A stretch of 64,000 nucleotides of DNA from a virus. Lineage: Duplodnaviria; Heunggongvirae; Uroviricota; Caudoviricetes. The position numbers were made by a program, and so were the translations under genes. The notes under the pieces were generated by a model, which saw nothing but the letters and a program-made list of their open reading frames with translations, made no database searches and was not told the DNA's origin. The DNA lies in the IMG/VR virus record IMGVR_UViG_3300031417_000415; one strand, given 5' to 3'. Shown here in pieces: positions 45,989-56,284 of this stretch (position 1 is the stretch's first letter; the number at the start of each line of letters is the position of its first letter).

Positions 45989-46534
45989 TTGGGCAGGAAC
46001 AGGAAGGCGCCAGTCGCCGCGAAGGACACGGGCCTCCACATCTCGTACGGCGGCGGGTACGAAAGCACGGCGGTGCAGCTCGGGCTCCTGGCGCGCTACG
46101 CGTCGGAGCCCTACGTCGTCGGGCCCAGCCGGGGCGAGGGTGTCAAGATCCTGCGCAACCCCGACTACGTCGAGAGCACGGTGGGCATCGACAAGGTCGA
46201 GCGTCTGAGCGACCTCTCGATCGAGCGGATCTTCCGGGCATGGGGACCGGCGTCCTATCCGCGCCTGAAGTACGACGCGCCTCACGCCGTGCAGCGCGGC
46301 TTCGCTCGGCACCTCGCGCTGACGGGAGACCGGCCGCTTCCGCCCGAACCGTTCGTCGTCGACCCCGCGCGCTACGGCAGCCGTGGCGGCATGGCCTCCG
46401 ACATGCGCGGCATGATGGCCGTCCTCGAGGCCGCCGAGCGAGCCGGGCGTACGGTCTACCATCCCACGGAAGCCGAGCCGGGCTCGGCCGAGGATCGCCG
46501 ACTGGCCTACGGCCTCCGCCGACAGGACGCCTGA
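45989..46534 (+). CDS. hypothetical protein (TTG start)
   Basis: conserved CAGGAGGAAAAG-TTG motif. Confidence 0.4.
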   Translation: MGRNRKAPVAAKDTGLHISYGGGYESTAVQLGLLARYASEPYVVGPSRGEGVKILRNPDYVESTVGIDKVERLSDLSIERIFRAWGPASYPRLKYDAPHAVQRGFARHLALTGDRPLPPEPFVVDPARYGSRGGMASDMRGMMAVLEAAERAGRTVYHPTEAEPGSAEDRRLAYGLRRQDA

Positions 46535-46578
46535 ATCACCGGACACCGGGTCTGGACATCGAAGCTGAGGGAAAAGAC

Positions 46579-47151
46579 ATGGGATACAGCGGCTACGGCG
46601 GCTACGGCTACCGCGACGGCGTGCGCATCGAGACCGCATCTGATGCGCTCATCACGCCCGACAGCGTCAATCACGGCGTGCCCGGGGGCTTTCCGCCATC
46701 GGAACTGATGGTGGCGGCGAACGGCGAGACCGGCGCGGCGATCAACGGCCATGTCGTCATCGGCGACGGCCCGGTCTTCGTCTCGCTCTACAAGCACATG
46801 CTGAGCGTCTATCTGCTCGCGGACGGCGTGTTCCACGACCAGAACCTCGAGACGATCGGCGTCGACCTTCCGGACGAGGTCGTCATCGACTTCGGCGACG
46901 GGACCTGCTCGCTCGACCAGGACCGCATGGTCGAGCGGACCGACATGCTGCGCTTCGAGATCGAGGGCCACGTGATCGAGTATCGCATGGTCGCGCACCC
47001 GCGCTGGGTGCAGCACGCGCGGATCACGCAGCCCGACGGCACCGTGTGGACCGGCTTCTGCGGCCTGGAGATCGGCGCCGGCCACGAGGACGAGGACGAC
47101 GACGCCACCGCGGTCATCGAGCGCAGCCACCTCGCGCTGTTCGGGAAGTAG
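46579..47151 (+). CDS. hypothetical protein (Gly/Tyr-rich N-terminus)
   Basis: conserved GAGGGAAAAGAC-ATG motif. Confidence 0.4.
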   Translation: MGYSGYGGYGYRDGVRIETASDALITPDSVNHGVPGGFPPSELMVAANGETGAAINGHVVIGDGPVFVSLYKHMLSVYLLADGVFHDQNLETIGVDLPDEVVIDFGDGTCSLDQDRMVERTDMLRFEIEGHVIEYRMVAHPRWVQHARITQPDGTVWTGFCGLEIGAGHEDEDDDATAVIERSHLALFGK

Positions 47152-47155
47152 CGCC

Positions 47156-47392
47156 ATGGACATGCGGCAGACAGCTCCCGTCGACTGGGACGGCGACCTC
47201 GTCGCGATCCACGTCGGCGGGCCGGTCCCGAACAGTCCGGCAGCGCTGATGGCCGGAACCACGGTTCCGGTCACCGCTTCGTCCTCGCTCGGTCAGAAGG
47301 CGGTGTACGGCGTTCCGGGCTTCCGGGACGGCCTGTGGGCGCGCCTGGACGGGAGCACGAGGACGCACTGGCGGATCGCCAACGCGGCATAG
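47156..47392 (+). CDS. small hypothetical protein
   Basis: ORF. Confidence 0.3.
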   Translation: MDMRQTAPVDWDGDLVAIHVGGPVPNSPAALMAGTTVPVTASSSLGQKAVYGVPGFRDGLWARLDGSTRTHWRIANAA

Positions 47393-47437
47393 GTCCGATT
47401 TCACGACGACGAGACCAACCACCGGGGAGGAGGAACG

Positions 47438-48103
47438 ATGGACTACAAATATCCGCGGACATATCATCTGCCGACCTCGCCCGGTCTGCAGAACGACGAC
47501 AGGCGGCTGCCGAGCCTCCGGCCCTTCGTGGGCAGGCGGGTGATCGGTACCGAGAAGATCGACGGCGAGGGCACGACGATGACGCCCGAGAAGACCTACC
47601 CCAGGTCGCCGGACGGCCGCTATCATCCGTCGCGCGACCTGATGAAGGCGTTCCACGCCACCAAGAAGGCCGACATCCCGCACGACTGGCGGATCTCGGG
47701 CGAGTACGGCTATGCGCGCCACTCGATCGCCTACACGCGCGATCTGGGCAACGCGCTGCCGGCATGGTTCCTGGGCTTCGGCGTATGGGACGAGCGCAAC
47801 GTGCTGCTCGGCTGGGACCAGACGCTCGAGGTGTTCGAGATGCTGGACATCGCGCCCGTCCCGGTGCTGTACGACGGCATCTACTACGACGGCCTGGCCG
47901 ACGATCTTGCGAAGTCGATCGATCCGCTCCGCCAGGAGGGCTTCGTGCTCAGCCTCGCGGATCCGATGCCGTACCCGGACGGCGCGGGCGACAGCGGCCG
48001 CTTCTTCACCGGCAAGGCCAAGTGGGTGCGGCACGGACACGTCCAGACCAATCGCCACTGGATGAGCGGCCCCGTCGTGCCGAACGAGCTCGTGCAGGGC
48101 TGA
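47438..48103 (+). CDS. RNA ligase (covalent nucleotidyltransferase superfamily, small Rnl-type)
   Basis: motif I EKIDGEG, III ISGEYGY, IV EGFVLS, V FFTGKAKWVRH. Confidence 0.55.
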   Translation: MDYKYPRTYHLPTSPGLQNDDRRLPSLRPFVGRRVIGTEKIDGEGTTMTPEKTYPRSPDGRYHPSRDLMKAFHATKKADIPHDWRISGEYGYARHSIAYTRDLGNALPAWFLGFGVWDERNVLLGWDQTLEVFEMLDIAPVPVLYDGIYYDGLADDLAKSIDPLRQEGFVLSLADPMPYPDGAGDSGRFFTGKAKWVRHGHVQTNRHWMSGPVVPNELVQG

Positions 48104-48171
48104 GGCACCGACGCAATCGCACGTTAAGATCTCGTATGCGATACGAGACCAACAGAAAAAGGGGACCTGCC

Positions 48172-48660
48172 ATGATGATCTCATTCCTGACTGCCGCAAT
48201 GCTCGCAGCGACCATGCCTCAGGTGCAGGACGCGCCGCCGATCGCGCCTGGCGTCGTCATGACCGAAGGCGGTCCGGAAGAGGACGTCATGGTGACGGAG
48301 CCTGCGCTTCGCAGCCGCATCGCGGTGAACGAGGTCCGCAACCCCTGGCGCGGTGCAGGGACGATGGCCGTACGCCGGGGACGTCGGGCGGCGCCACCGC
48401 TGCGGATCGACTACGACCGCGACGGCGTCGTCGACACGGTCCGCCTGGTGCAGAGCCGCATCCATTCGGCAGTTCTCCTGACCTCGGGAAAGACCGGTCG
48501 TACGCGGCCGATCTGGCTGATCGACAGCGACGGACTGGGCGCCGACGTGCATCTCGGCAAGGGCGAGAAGAACACGATCGAGATCGTCTTTCCCGAGTCG
48601 ACAGTGATCTTCCTGTTCGACGACCACGGCAAGCCGATGGCAACCTACCAAAACGGCTAG
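48172..48660 (+). CDS. secreted or membrane-anchored hypothetical protein
   Basis: N-terminal hydrophobic MMISFLTAAMLAATMP. Confidence 0.4.
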   Translation: MMISFLTAAMLAATMPQVQDAPPIAPGVVMTEGGPEEDVMVTEPALRSRIAVNEVRNPWRGAGTMAVRRGRRAAPPLRIDYDRDGVVDTVRLVQSRIHSAVLLTSGKTGRTRPIWLIDSDGLGADVHLGKGEKNTIEIVFPESTVIFLFDDHGKPMATYQNG

Positions 48661-48711
48661 AGACGTCCCGACGCACCTCGTGCGGATGAGACGAACCTGA
48701 AGGAAAAGCAA

Positions 48712-49662
48712 ATGCGCGCCGTGATATTCGACGTCGACGGCACACTGGCCGACCCGTCGCACCGACTTCACCACCTCGACGGCATCGACAAGGACTGGAA
48801 GTCGTTCCACCGCGAGGCCGAGAACGATCCGGTGATCGAAGGCATCGCCGAGATGGCGCGCATCCTGTACCGGACCTGCACCGAGGGCCTGGGCATCGAC
48901 GCCGTGCTGATCGTGACCGCGCGTCACGACGATCCCGCCATCAAGGCGACGCTGATCGCATGGCTGGAGATGGCGGAGATCCCGTATCACCGCATCTACA
49001 TGCGGGCGGACGAGGACACGCGACCCGACCACGTGATCAAGGCGGAAATCCTCGAGCGCATCCTCGAGGATGGCTACGAGCCGATCGGCGTCTTCGACGA
49101 CCGGCCCGAAGTGGTGCGCATGTGGCGCGACCACGGCATTCCTACGTTCCAGGTGGCGCCCGACGAGCAGCCAGCCACCCAGTATGCCGGCCAGACGCTC
49201 CTGCACATGCTGATCGGCCCATGCGGCGCCGGCAAGTCCACCTACGTGGCGGCTAACTACAGACCCGAGGACGTCATCTCGGTCGACACGCTCCGCGTCC
49301 AGCTCTTCGGCAACATGGGCCACAGCCCGGAGGCGCTGATCCGGGTCTGGAAGTACGCGCACGGCCTTGTTCGGGCGCGCCTCGAGGCGGGCGTGTTCAC
49401 GGTGCTGGACGCGACCAACCTCGACCCCGAGGACCGCGAGAAGATCCTGCGCCTCGTGCCGCGCAACGTCTTCATAAACTACATCGTGATCGACCGCGCC
49501 TACGACGACAAGGTGCGCGACCGCGACTGGCGCGACGAGGACATGGTGCAGAAGCAGCATCGCCTCTTCCGCCGCCACGAGGACGTCATCCTCGCAGGCG
49601 ACGACCATCCCTGGGTCGTGGTCAAGGACAAGCGGGATCCGCGCTCCAAGACGCGCAAGTAG
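48712..49662 (+). CDS. polynucleotide kinase/3'-phosphatase (N-terminal HAD phosphatase plus C-terminal P-loop kinase)
   Basis: conserved GAAGGAAAAGCAA-ATG motif; AVIFDVDGTLAD (DxDGT) and GPCGAGKST Walker A. Confidence 0.6.
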   Translation: MRAVIFDVDGTLADPSHRLHHLDGIDKDWKSFHREAENDPVIEGIAEMARILYRTCTEGLGIDAVLIVTARHDDPAIKATLIAWLEMAEIPYHRIYMRADEDTRPDHVIKAEILERILEDGYEPIGVFDDRPEVVRMWRDHGIPTFQVAPDEQPATQYAGQTLLHMLIGPCGAGKSTYVAANYRPEDVISVDTLRVQLFGNMGHSPEALIRVWKYAHGLVRARLEAGVFTVLDATNLDPEDREKILRLVPRNVFINYIVIDRAYDDKVRDRDWRDEDMVQKQHRLFRRHEDVILAGDDHPWVVVKDKRDPRSKTRK

Positions 49663-49687
49663 CGTCACGACAGATAGGAAGACAGAC

Positions 49688-50182
49688 ATGCGCGACCCCC
49701 TGCACGCATACGTCTTCCAGCCGCTCGTCGATCTGACGCGGTGCGATCCCCGCCGGACCGCGGTCGCATGCGCGGACGCCTTCCTGCTGATCGCGCTGAC
49801 GCTGTCGGCGACGCGCGTCGCGACGCTGGATGCCGCGACGCACGCCGGCCTCTACGGCATGCAGACGATGCACGTCGTCGGCGGCGTCATCGTACACGCC
49901 TGGATGCGGTTCTGCGCGGTCAACGGCGCCGTCGCGCGTATGGGGCCGATGGGAGTGCTCCACGCCGGGATGCGGGCGGTACTCGCCGCATGCGTCCTCC
50001 TCGACGTCAGGGAGCTTCATGTCCTGCTGACGACGGACCTCCCCGTGACGGCGACGAGCCTGGGCCGGTCGCTGCTGCAGTTCGCAGAGGACGTGCTGGC
50101 GACGGTCTCGCTCTACCTGCCGCTGTGCGACAGGCCGAAGCCGCGACGCAGGCAGCCACGCGCATCCGCGCTCCATGCCTAG
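49688..50182 (+). CDS. hydrophobic hypothetical protein
   Basis: ORF. Confidence 0.3.
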   Translation: MRDPLHAYVFQPLVDLTRCDPRRTAVACADAFLLIALTLSATRVATLDAATHAGLYGMQTMHVVGGVIVHAWMRFCAVNGAVARMGPMGVLHAGMRAVLAACVLLDVRELHVLLTTDLPVTATSLGRSLLQFAEDVLATVSLYLPLCDRPKPRRRQPRASALHA

Positions 50183-50240
50183 TGCCGGATCCGGGGTTCG
50201 CGCGATCTGAACGAAATGGACAGTGGAAAAGGAGACTGCG

Positions 50241-50540
50241 ATGATCACGTATCTCGAAGGCGTCCTGCTGCGCGACGCGGACGGTCGGATGTGCGTCGTA
50301 CCGGACGCGTCACCCGACACGGCCATACGGGTTCCGGCGACGATGCACCCGTTCGCCGCGCGTGGCCTCGGCTGCCGCTACGAGGATCTGGAACGACGGG
50401 CCGACAATGGCGCACGCGTGATCCTCACGCTCGAGAACGATCCCGACGCGAGCATCCTCGAGATCGACGAGATCGCCGCCGTGGCGCATGAGGACGTCGC
50501 AGTCGCGCGGTCCCTGCTCTCACGACCGCTCGCCGCCTGA
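50241..50540 (+). CDS. hypothetical protein
   Basis: TGGAAAAGGAGACTGCG-ATG. Confidence 0.35.
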   Translation: MITYLEGVLLRDADGRMCVVPDASPDTAIRVPATMHPFAARGLGCRYEDLERRADNGARVILTLENDPDASILEIDEIAAVAHEDVAVARSLLSRPLAA

Positions 50541-50566
50541 TCCCCGTCGCAATAGGAACCGCCCAC

Positions 50567-50953
50567 ATGAAGCCGCTTTCCGACAGTATCCTACGGCACG
50601 TCTCGAACGACCTCGCGTCCATGACGGCGATCGACGTGGCCGAACGGGTGGAGAACGGTCTCCACGAGGACGCCGCCGACATGCCCTACCCGCTGGCGTC
50701 GGTCGTCTGCATCGGCCACGATCGATATCTCGTAGGCGAGATCTCGTACGTGAACTGCGGCAGCCAGCCTGCCACCTATTCGCTGCGTGGCCATCCCGAC
50801 CTCGGGACGACGCCGTCGACGCGCGCCTGGAAGGACCATGAGGATATTCAGCTCGTGATGCTTCCCAGCCAGGAGACGTGGACGATGCTGAAGGACGCGG
50901 TGCGCATCGATCAGGAGTCCCGCATCATGACCGTCGTTCCCGCCCGTGGCTGA
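50567..50953 (+). CDS. hypothetical protein
   Basis: ORF. Confidence 0.4.
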   Translation: MKPLSDSILRHVSNDLASMTAIDVAERVENGLHEDAADMPYPLASVVCIGHDRYLVGEISYVNCGSQPATYSLRGHPDLGTTPSTRAWKDHEDIQLVMLPSQETWTMLKDAVRIDQESRIMTVVPARG

Positions 50954-51707
50954 TCCGAGCGACCAGCTGGAGGACGCGAGGGCCTTCGCGCTCGCCTACT
51001 GCACGCGGCACGGCGACCCCGAGGCAGCCACCCGTCTGAGGATCGATCTGCCGGAACGCCGGGTGATCTTCTCGGTCGTCGACGCAGCGGCCTGCGGCTC
51101 CTCCATCTCGGGATACCTGAGGGCGGACCGGCAGGAGGCCACGCTTGCGCAGGCACTCAGCCGGATCATGCGGCAGAGGGCCCGCGACAAGGCGCTGGAG
51201 CGATGGCCCGAGAAAGGCACCCCCGTCTGGTCGCTGGACATCAATGCCCTGGCCTGGACGATCCTGCGCAACGCCGGCGTCAATCCGCTCCTCCTGGTCT
51301 TCCACGAGGACAGGGCGGCCGACGGCAGCAACGGCTTCGAGCGCGCGGTCGCCGCGTCGCCGATCTCGGCCGAGGTCGAGATAAGGGCGGGACGCATCTC
51401 GGTCAGCGCACTCGGCGTACGTCCGGACCACGACATGAGCGCCGGACTGGTCTACTCGGAGGCGATGAGGCCGCCACGTCTCATCGTCCTCGGCAAGGCG
51501 CTGCCCGACACGGCGGGAGCGGCCTTCGTCGGCCGGCCGATCGGCGATCTGGTCGACCATCCGCTGCTGGATGGCGCCGACGACGTACGCGTGACGCGGG
51601 TCGTCAGCAGCGATGGCAACGTCGAGATCGAGATGGAGGACCGGCGCCGGACGCTCGCTCCGACGCCTGACGGCGCGGACTGGCTACGCTTCGCGTGGCA
51701 TCCCTGA
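50946..51707 (+). CDS. hypothetical protein
   Basis: overlaps previous stop. Confidence 0.4.
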   Translation: MADPSDQLEDARAFALAYCTRHGDPEAATRLRIDLPERRVIFSVVDAAACGSSISGYLRADRQEATLAQALSRIMRQRARDKALERWPEKGTPVWSLDINALAWTILRNAGVNPLLLVFHEDRAADGSNGFERAVAASPISAEVEIRAGRISVSALGVRPDHDMSAGLVYSEAMRPPRLIVLGKALPDTAGAAFVGRPIGDLVDHPLLDGADDVRVTRVVSSDGNVEIEMEDRRRTLAPTPDGADWLRFAWHP

Positions 51708-51890
51708 ACGGACGCCGCCACGGGTACCGGTCATCGCCGTCCGGGCCAGCGCGATGGCCATGTCGGAACTGCCGCCATCCGGAAACGCCTCGCGACTGAT
51801 CTTGCTCGCGACGATCTCGATCTCCTCCTGACAGGGGATCCGGTTCTCCTGGATGCACTCCAGCAGGGCGCGCGGGTACAGCCGCTCCAT
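51684..51890 (-). CDS. small minus-strand hypothetical protein
   Basis: GGAAGGAAACG RBS on the minus strand; overlaps the convergent gene by 24 nt. Confidence 0.2.
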   Translation of the reverse strand: MERLYPRALLECIQENRIPCQEEIEIVASKISREAFPDGGSSDMAIALARTAMTGTRGGVRSGMPREA

Positions 51891-52007
51891 CTACGTTTCC
51901 TTCCGATCAGACTACCGACACGTCTCCCTGAGACACCGACCCGCTCCGGGTAGCATAGGTCGCCTCCGCTGTCACCGCGGACGACGCGCAAAAATCACGG
52001 GATCATC

Positions 52008-52454
52008 ATGATGAACGCAGTCCAGACGAAGAGCGAGGCCCAGGCCGGCGTCACGGCCGCGCAGGCGCGTCTCGCCATGGCGCAGCAGGAGCTCAGGACC
52101 GCCGAGCAGGCCCTGGCCGAAGCCGCCGCGACCGAGGCCGCGACACGCTTCCAGAAGGTCGAGTGGGAAGTCCTCTACGAGCTCTCCATCGGCGGCGTGC
52201 TGGTGCGCTACGACGACCCGTCGGACGACAACCGCAACGGCGAGAACCTGCCGCGGCGCTTCCGGGAGAAGCCCGGCTGCCTGGTATCGGGGGAGTTCGA
52301 CCGCAGGACGCCGGTGTCCGACCGCACCATGCGCAGCATCGTCCGGTCCGGACTCGCGCACTGGGTGCACGAGTCCGGCTGCCCGGTCGAGATGAAGCTG
52401 ACTCCCGCAGGCGTCCGGCGCATGAGCGGAATGCTCCGACCAGGCATGAAATAG
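52008..52454 (+). CDS. hypothetical protein (coiled-coil N-terminus)
   Basis: ORF. Confidence 0.4.
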   Translation: MMNAVQTKSEAQAGVTAAQARLAMAQQELRTAEQALAEAAATEAATRFQKVEWEVLYELSIGGVLVRYDDPSDDNRNGENLPRRFREKPGCLVSGEFDRRTPVSDRTMRSIVRSGLAHWVHESGCPVEMKLTPAGVRRMSGMLRPGMK

Positions 52455-52498
52455 TTCGGGATCGCGATGCGAGACAGGACATGCAGAAGGAAAAAAGA

Positions 52499-53359
52499 AT
52501 GTCGAACTACGATTCCATCGCCAAGAAGGGCCGGAGCATGATCGGCTGCGGGGTAATCCTGGCCATGCTGGCGGTTGGCCTCATCGCCCTACGCCTGTGC
52601 GTGCAGCGAGTGTCACCGGACGCGGGGGTAGCGGCAGTGCTGATCGAAAAGCCGATCTTCTTCGGTCACGGCGGCGTAAGCCCGGTCGCGATCACCACCG
52701 GCTCGAGCTACGTCTGGACCACGACCGACGTCGTGATGGTCAACATGAAGCCGATACAGGAAACGGTCGACTTCAACGATCTGATGTCGTCGGACGGCAT
52801 CCCGCTCCACTTCGACAGTGCCATCCGCCTGCAGGTAGTCGATCCCGTGCAGCTGATCGCGCGGTTCGGTACCGAATGGTATCGCAACAACCTGGCGGTC
52901 GAGTTCAGCAACCGGGTACGTCAGGCCGTCCGCAAGCACGGAATGAACGAGACGGCGATCAACACCACGGCAATCGACGCGATCGACGCCGAGGTCACGG
53001 CGCAGATGCTGCAGTACATCAGGTCGTCGGGCCTGCCCATCCGTCTGATCAAGATCACCGTCGGCCGCGCTAGCCCGCCGGATTCGATCAAGAACCAGCG
53101 TATCACCACGGCGAACGAACAGCAGCGGCAGATCACCGAGGTCCAGACGCAGCGCGCCGAGGTCACCCGCAAGGGGGCCGAGGAAGCACGTGCCGACGCG
53201 GACAACGCCTATCGTCAGCGCCTGGGCCTCGACTCGCAGCAGTTCGTCGATCTGCAGCGGATCGGCATGATGCGCGACGTCTGCAAGCCCAAGGACGGCG
53301 AGAACAGCCCTTGCACGTTCATCATCGGCAACGGCACCGCGCTGGTGAATACCAAGTAA
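52499..53359 (+). CDS. SPFH/band-7 (prohibitin/stomatin-like) membrane protein
   Basis: conserved CAGAAGGAAAAAAGA-ATG motif; N-terminal TM plus SPFH-like core and coiled-coil tail. Confidence 0.6.
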   Translation: MSNYDSIAKKGRSMIGCGVILAMLAVGLIALRLCVQRVSPDAGVAAVLIEKPIFFGHGGVSPVAITTGSSYVWTTTDVVMVNMKPIQETVDFNDLMSSDGIPLHFDSAIRLQVVDPVQLIARFGTEWYRNNLAVEFSNRVRQAVRKHGMNETAINTTAIDAIDAEVTAQMLQYIRSSGLPIRLIKITVGRASPPDSIKNQRITTANEQQRQITEVQTQRAEVTRKGAEEARADADNAYRQRLGLDSQQFVDLQRIGMMRDVCKPKDGENSPCTFIIGNGTALVNTK

Positions 53360-53362
53360 TGC

Positions 53363-53397
53363 GATGCGCCCCTCCTCGGAGGGGCGCATTTTTAATG
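53363..53397 (+). terminator. rho-independent terminator GCGCCCCTCC-TCGG-AGGGGCGC + ATTTTTAAT
   Basis: GC hairpin plus T-run. Confidence 0.55.
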
Positions 53398-53448
53398 CAG
53401 GACGCCTCGAAAAGCGGCAGTCGGATACATCCACTGGAAGGAAAAAAG

Positions 53449-54486
53449 ATGTCAGCCCACGGCTCCAAGAAGGCGCTGTTCGCAGCCCTCGCCGCGAATG
53501 CGGGGATAGCCGTCGCCAAGTTCGGTGGCGCGGCATACACCGGCTCGTCAGCTATGATGTCGGAAGGCGTCCATAGCCTGGTCGACACCGGCAACCAGAT
53601 CCTTCTGCTGTTCGGGATGAAGGACTCGAGCCGCCAGCCCGACGCGTCACACCCGTTCGGCTACGGCCTACGCCTCTACTTCTGGGGGTTCGTAGTCGCG
53701 ATGATGGTATTCGCGCTTGGCTCGCTCGTCGCCATCACTGAAGGCTACGAGAAGGTTCGCGAGCCGCACGAGATCCACAACGCCGTCGTGAACTACATCA
53801 TCCTGGCCTTCGCAATCGTACTCGAAGGAGCCTCACTGCGCGTCGCGATGCGTCAGGTCGCCGTACAGGCGAAGAAGCGCGGAATGACCATGCTGCGCAC
53901 CATCCAGACTCACCGGGACCCGACAATCTTCGCTGTGATCTTCGAGGAGACCGCAGCACTCGCAGGCCTGATCATCGCCATGGTCGGCCTCGCCGCGTCG
54001 CAGATCTTCGCAATGCCCGTCATCGACGGCTACACATCGATCGGCATCGGCGTCGTGCTGGCAATCACCTCGTTCAGTCTCGCGCGCAAGTGCTACAGCC
54101 TGATGACCGGCCAGGCTGCGGATCCCGAGCTGTCGGACCGGCTATGGGACATCCTGGAAGGCATCAAGCTCGTCAAGGAGGTCAACGAGATCCGGACGAT
54201 GCACTTCGGCCCCGACGAGGTCACGATGCTCGCTTCGGTCGACTACCACGACGAGTACAACGGCAAGCCGATCACGAGCCGTACGCTTGAAAGCATCACC
54301 TCGGATGTCAGCGAAACCATGCGCGAGGAGTTTCCTGCCACGAAGCTGCGCATCTACATCGAGCCGCAGTCGAACACCCGCCACCTCGAGGAGCTCGAGG
54401 AAATGGGCGAGGAAGCCGACGCGCTCTACACCGAGGAGGAGCTGGCGGCGGAGGCCGCCGAGGCGGAAGGCCGTTCGGCTGCGTGA
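53449..54486 (+). CDS. cation diffusion facilitator (CDF) family metal efflux transporter
   Basis: conserved GGAAGGAAAAAAG-ATG motif; HSLVDTGN and HPFGYGL signatures, six TM helices, acidic C-terminal domain. Confidence 0.7.
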   Translation: MSAHGSKKALFAALAANAGIAVAKFGGAAYTGSSAMMSEGVHSLVDTGNQILLLFGMKDSSRQPDASHPFGYGLRLYFWGFVVAMMVFALGSLVAITEGYEKVREPHEIHNAVVNYIILAFAIVLEGASLRVAMRQVAVQAKKRGMTMLRTIQTHRDPTIFAVIFEETAALAGLIIAMVGLAASQIFAMPVIDGYTSIGIGVVLAITSFSLARKCYSLMTGQAADPELSDRLWDILEGIKLVKEVNEIRTMHFGPDEVTMLASVDYHDEYNGKPITSRTLESITSDVSETMREEFPATKLRIYIEPQSNTRHLEELEEMGEEADALYTEEELAAEAAEAEGRSAA

Positions 54487-54514
54487 ACGTGATACCTACC
54501 GGAAGGGAAAAGAC

Positions 54515-55249
54515 ATGACAGACACGATCGACGACGTCGAGCGTCCCGACCTGAGCGACCGCGCGAAGGCGCTCGGCGCATACCTCGGCAAGGCTCCCGG
54601 CGAGTTCGAGCCGTTCGGCGCGGGCTACGACCTGCTCAAGGAATGGCTCCGCGCGGAGATCCTGTGCAACGATCTCGACCGGATCGGGCATACGGGCATC
54701 GACCTGGTGGCCTCGCTGCTCGGCGAGGACTTCCCTCTGGCGGAGACGGTGCGCGAGCTGTGGTGCGCGGCATCGGGGCTGTCGCTGCTGTTCGGCGACG
54801 ACAGCGAGCCGTCCATCCAGATCGAACTGGGCGACTGGGCGATCACGTGGAGCGTCACCGACGAGGGCGACTTCGTCAAGCGCACGGTGCTGATCGACAG
54901 CACGCGCCAGCTGCCCAAGGGCATGCGCCACTGGTTCGAGCGCGCCGGCATCTACCAGGGCAAGCGCTACGGCATGCACCGACGCTGGCGTACCTACAAC
55001 CACATCCACGGCACGTCGCGCAAGGCCCGCTTCGCCGCTGGCACGATGGACGGCAGCCGCGAGTTCCGCGTCCTGCCGCACCTCGACCGCATGGACATCT
55101 GCGACGGAAACTTCGACCGCTGGGCGAATTCCAGGGCGGCGTCCGTACCGATGCCCCGCACCCAGGCGGAATTCGAGGCGGCGCTCGTCGAGCTCGTCAA
55201 GCGCTCCGCGACGAGGATATGCCGCGTAGCGCCGCAGGAGGCAGCATGA
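54515..55249 (+). CDS. hypothetical protein
   Basis: conserved GGAAGGGAAAAGAC-ATG motif. Confidence 0.4.
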   Translation: MTDTIDDVERPDLSDRAKALGAYLGKAPGEFEPFGAGYDLLKEWLRAEILCNDLDRIGHTGIDLVASLLGEDFPLAETVRELWCAASGLSLLFGDDSEPSIQIELGDWAITWSVTDEGDFVKRTVLIDSTRQLPKGMRHWFERAGIYQGKRYGMHRRWRTYNHIHGTSRKARFAAGTMDGSREFRVLPHLDRMDICDGNFDRWANSRAASVPMPRTQAEFEAALVELVKRSATRICRVAPQEAA

Positions 55250-55701
55250 CCGATCATATCCACACCGTGCGCGACCGCCGTATCCTGCTGCGGATCGAGC
55301 AGCTGCATCGCTGCGACAATCCGACGGTCGACAGCCCCGAGATGCAGATCGCGCTCCTGCGCGCAGGCATCTCCGGCATGGCGGCCATCATACAGGCCGA
55401 ACCGCAGGACGCGGACCTGGACGAGCGTCTGCTGCTCGAGATCGAGCGGATCCGTCGCTGCGACAACCCTTCCGTCGACAGTCCCGAAGCGGAGATCTCC
55501 GTGCTGCTCGTCGGCCTGTCGGGGCTGGCGGTACGCATCCGCGCACAGGCGGAACGCGAGGCGATCGCGCGGATCATCGACGACGAGATCTGGGACGGCG
55601 ACGGCGACTATCCGCTCGACCGGACACGGATCGCGGACCGCCGGGCAAGCGCCTACGCGCGCGCTGACCGTATCGTCGCCCTGCGCGAAAGGATCTCGTG
55701 A
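55246..55701 (+). CDS. hypothetical protein with internal about 45 aa duplication (RCDNPxVDSPE...)
   Basis: ATGA overlap. Confidence 0.4.
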   Translation: MTDHIHTVRDRRILLRIEQLHRCDNPTVDSPEMQIALLRAGISGMAAIIQAEPQDADLDERLLLEIERIRRCDNPSVDSPEAEISVLLVGLSGLAVRIRAQAEREAIARIIDDEIWDGDGDYPLDRTRIADRRASAYARADRIVALRERIS

Positions 55702-56261
55702 TGGTCGACATCATCCCCGTCCCACCCGAGACGCAGGAAGCGCGCATCGTCCGCCTCCGCGGCGAGATCGCGGCCTGCGGCCGCAACCATGCGCTGCTGC
55801 GCAGGGGATCGCCCAAGGTCGTAGCCAACAACGAGACGCTGCGCTCGGGCATACGTCGGCTGATCGACGGACTGCCTGCCGATCCGGATCTCGCTGCGGT
55901 CGCGGAGAAGCTGGAGGACGCATTGCTCCTTCCGCTCCTGTACCGGCGCGACATGCCGGCCGAGACGCCGCCTGAAGACGACGCGGAGCCCGTCGACCCG
56001 ACGGACCTGGCCGACTTCCTCGACAGGCGGCTGCGGACGGCGAGCCGGACCAACTACCTCATCCAGGAGGCGGGCGCTCCCGTCGTCTGGAACAGCGACG
56101 CGATCCGGGCCGTGCTGACCCAGCTGCGGGACGAGCTATCGCCGCCCGGCATCGAGGACGAGCCCGAGAACCCCCTCACGCTCGACCAGGCCATGATCAT
56201 GGCGATCGTCGACGAGATCGACGCGATCATGAAGGCCGGAGCGGACCGGCCCGACAAGTAG
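55698..56261 (+). CDS. hypothetical protein
   Basis: overlapping start. Confidence 0.4.
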   Translation: MMVDIIPVPPETQEARIVRLRGEIAACGRNHALLRRGSPKVVANNETLRSGIRRLIDGLPADPDLAAVAEKLEDALLLPLLYRRDMPAETPPEDDAEPVDPTDLADFLDRRLRTASRTNYLIQEAGAPVVWNSDAIRAVLTQLRDELSPPGIEDEPENPLTLDQAMIMAIVDEIDAIMKAGADRPDK

Positions 56262-56284
56262 AACGGTCCGGCGGCACGTCTGCG

